NCBI RefSeq assembly: GCF_018350175.1
Contig: NC_058382.1
Location: 60,514,001-60,578,000, forward strand
DNA length: 64,000 bases
Origin: Felis catus
Taxonomy: Eukaryota
Direction of reading: 5' to 3'
Of this stretch, positions 62,201 through 64,000 are shown piece by piece. Within the stretch, counting starts at the first letter, position 1. Every line of letters begins with the position of its first letter. The notes below the pieces were generated by a model. It worked only from the letters and a program-made list of their open reading frames with translations, ran no database searches and was not told where the DNA came from. A program made the translations under genes and the position numbers.

Positions 62201-64000
62201 ATCCTTCGCAAGTAGCAGACCTGAAACTCGCTGGTGGTTCTGCAGACGTCGGCAGGTGCCGGTTTTTACGTATCGTGATGTGATATACTGGATGCTGGTC
62301 ACGGCAAAGCCAAGGGGAACCGAGAGGCTCAGATGCTGGTGGTGGAGAATCCGCAGCAGCTAAAATTCTACCCAAAAAAGGCAGGACTTCTTATGAAGAA
62401 AACGGCCCCCACAAGGGAAGGCCTGGGTGAATGGCAAGATGCTCTTAGCTTAGGAACATGCCCACGGGAGGCCCGGTGGGGGGACAGCGTCTGCAGGCAC
62501 GAGGCCGAGCACCTTGGGGAACTCGGAGCGTCGGGGCTTCTGGACCGTGCACCTCCCGGGGGGACGATCCTGGAGGGAGGGGAGTAGCCGGGTTATGAGA
62601 CAGCGGCCCCCCGAGAGTGAGACACGCATACCAGAGGTGGCCCCGCATCCCAGAGCCCCTGGCGGAAAAGCCGCCAGCGCCGTGGGCCCCCTCCCCTCAC
62701 GCCACCTTGTGCTCTGCCCTACGCGTCGCAGACAGAAACCGCAACTCCGGGCACACCAAAGAGTGGACTGTTAACACAAGGAAGGAAGGAACTCGAGATC
62801 ACCCAGAAGAAAAACACAAGCGAGGGCGGCTCCGAGTGGAGCAGGACCCGTGTGCCAGAAAAGAGAAGGAGCCCATTCGATGCCACCACCAGAGTTGAGA
62901 GCCAGTAGCCGGGGACAGACGCAGGACCATGAAGGGCTCCCTCCCACGTAAAGAACTTAGCAGAAAAGTGGCCAAGAGTGAGGCCGACCGCCAGAGTTCA
63001 GGGTGGCCAGGAGGCGCGGGGGCCGGCCTTCCAGCCCCAGCTGCCGCCACAGGCACCAGGAGCCCTTTCCACGTACGCAGTTGCCACGTTGAGGGTTTAT
63101 CTTGTGTTTCCCTGGTAACACGGGAACCCGCACGGTGAGAACGAGGTAACGTGGGCGCCTTCATGCTGCCGAGCGAGCGCGGGTTGGTTTCGCTTGGGGG
63201 AAGATACTTAACTTGTAAAACGTTCATTTCCTTTGACCCACCGTTTTGACTTCTCAGGAGTCTGCTCTTAGAAGAAACAAGTTGTCCCTGAACGTAGAAG
63301 GGGTCATTTTAGCATTATAGGTTAGAAACAGCCGATGGTGTAGGAATGTTGGAATTCTGTGGCACGTGGCATGTGGCGTGGATCATCACACGGTCCGGGA
63401 AGACCCCATTTGCACAGCAGGTGCCACGGGGAGGCGCCCCGTTGCAGCCGAGCGCTCACCAGGCGGGTCGTGTGTACAGTGGGTGTGAGTGCACGCGCGA
63501 GTGTTCGTTGTGGCCGACCGAGTGCGGGGGAAGGGAGCGCAGAGGCAGAGAGAGGCTGGCCGTCTCTGGAAAATGGGAGGACAGGATTTTTATTTGTTTC
63601 CTTGTTTGTACTTTCTGTGTTTTTTAAATGAGCTTTATAGTATTTAATTAATAAAGAACTATATCCCGGGACCAGCACACAACTGCTAGTTGTCTGGGAT
63701 CCTATACTTTGGCTCCTTATTAAGGGAGGAGGTTTTGGTTTGTGGGGTGTATCTGTGGGCACAGGGCGCCCTGGCCAGTGCTGGGCCTCCTCCCAAGTTG
63801 GGCTGCTGAGGTCCCTTCTCCCACTTTGTCTCTGCCATGAGCTCCTGGGTGGTGTGGACGGGCTCACCCGTCTAGGACTCAGCCGCCCAGCACCTCCCAC
63901 CGCCTTTAAGGAGGGCTCCCGGGTTCTTCTGCCGGAAGCCTGCCGTCCACCACAGAGTGTGGCTCTCACACTGCAGCCTTGATTCTCTTCCAGGTGACTT

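Overview
Mammalian genomic DNA, almost certainly felid: it is dense in tRNA-derived carnivore SINEs, including young Felis-type copies, and is GC-rich. Two genes lie head-to-head. (1) The 5' half of ZC3H18 on the + strand has a CpG-island promoter, non-coding exon 1 and seven constitutive coding exons. These join in frame with GT-AG boundaries (1418 nt, 472 codons plus 2 nt) and the gene continues past the window end. (2) A decayed but still intron-containing TRH receptor 2 (TRHR2-like) GPCR lies on the - strand near the window start, with a lost ATG, frameshifts, a dead splice donor and premature stops, so it looks like a unitary pseudogene. The most notable extras are a 72-nt symmetric cassette exon that would insert 24 aa into the single CCCH zinc finger of ZC3H18, and a ~100-bp non-SINE inverted repeat in ZC3H18 intron 1 with a 58-bp perfect core whose transition mismatches all form G-U pairs on the sense strand. 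The rest is SINE/LINE/LTR/MIR debris and simple repeats. Most ORFs in the supplied track are spurious. Family assignments come from recalled reference sequences, not database searches.
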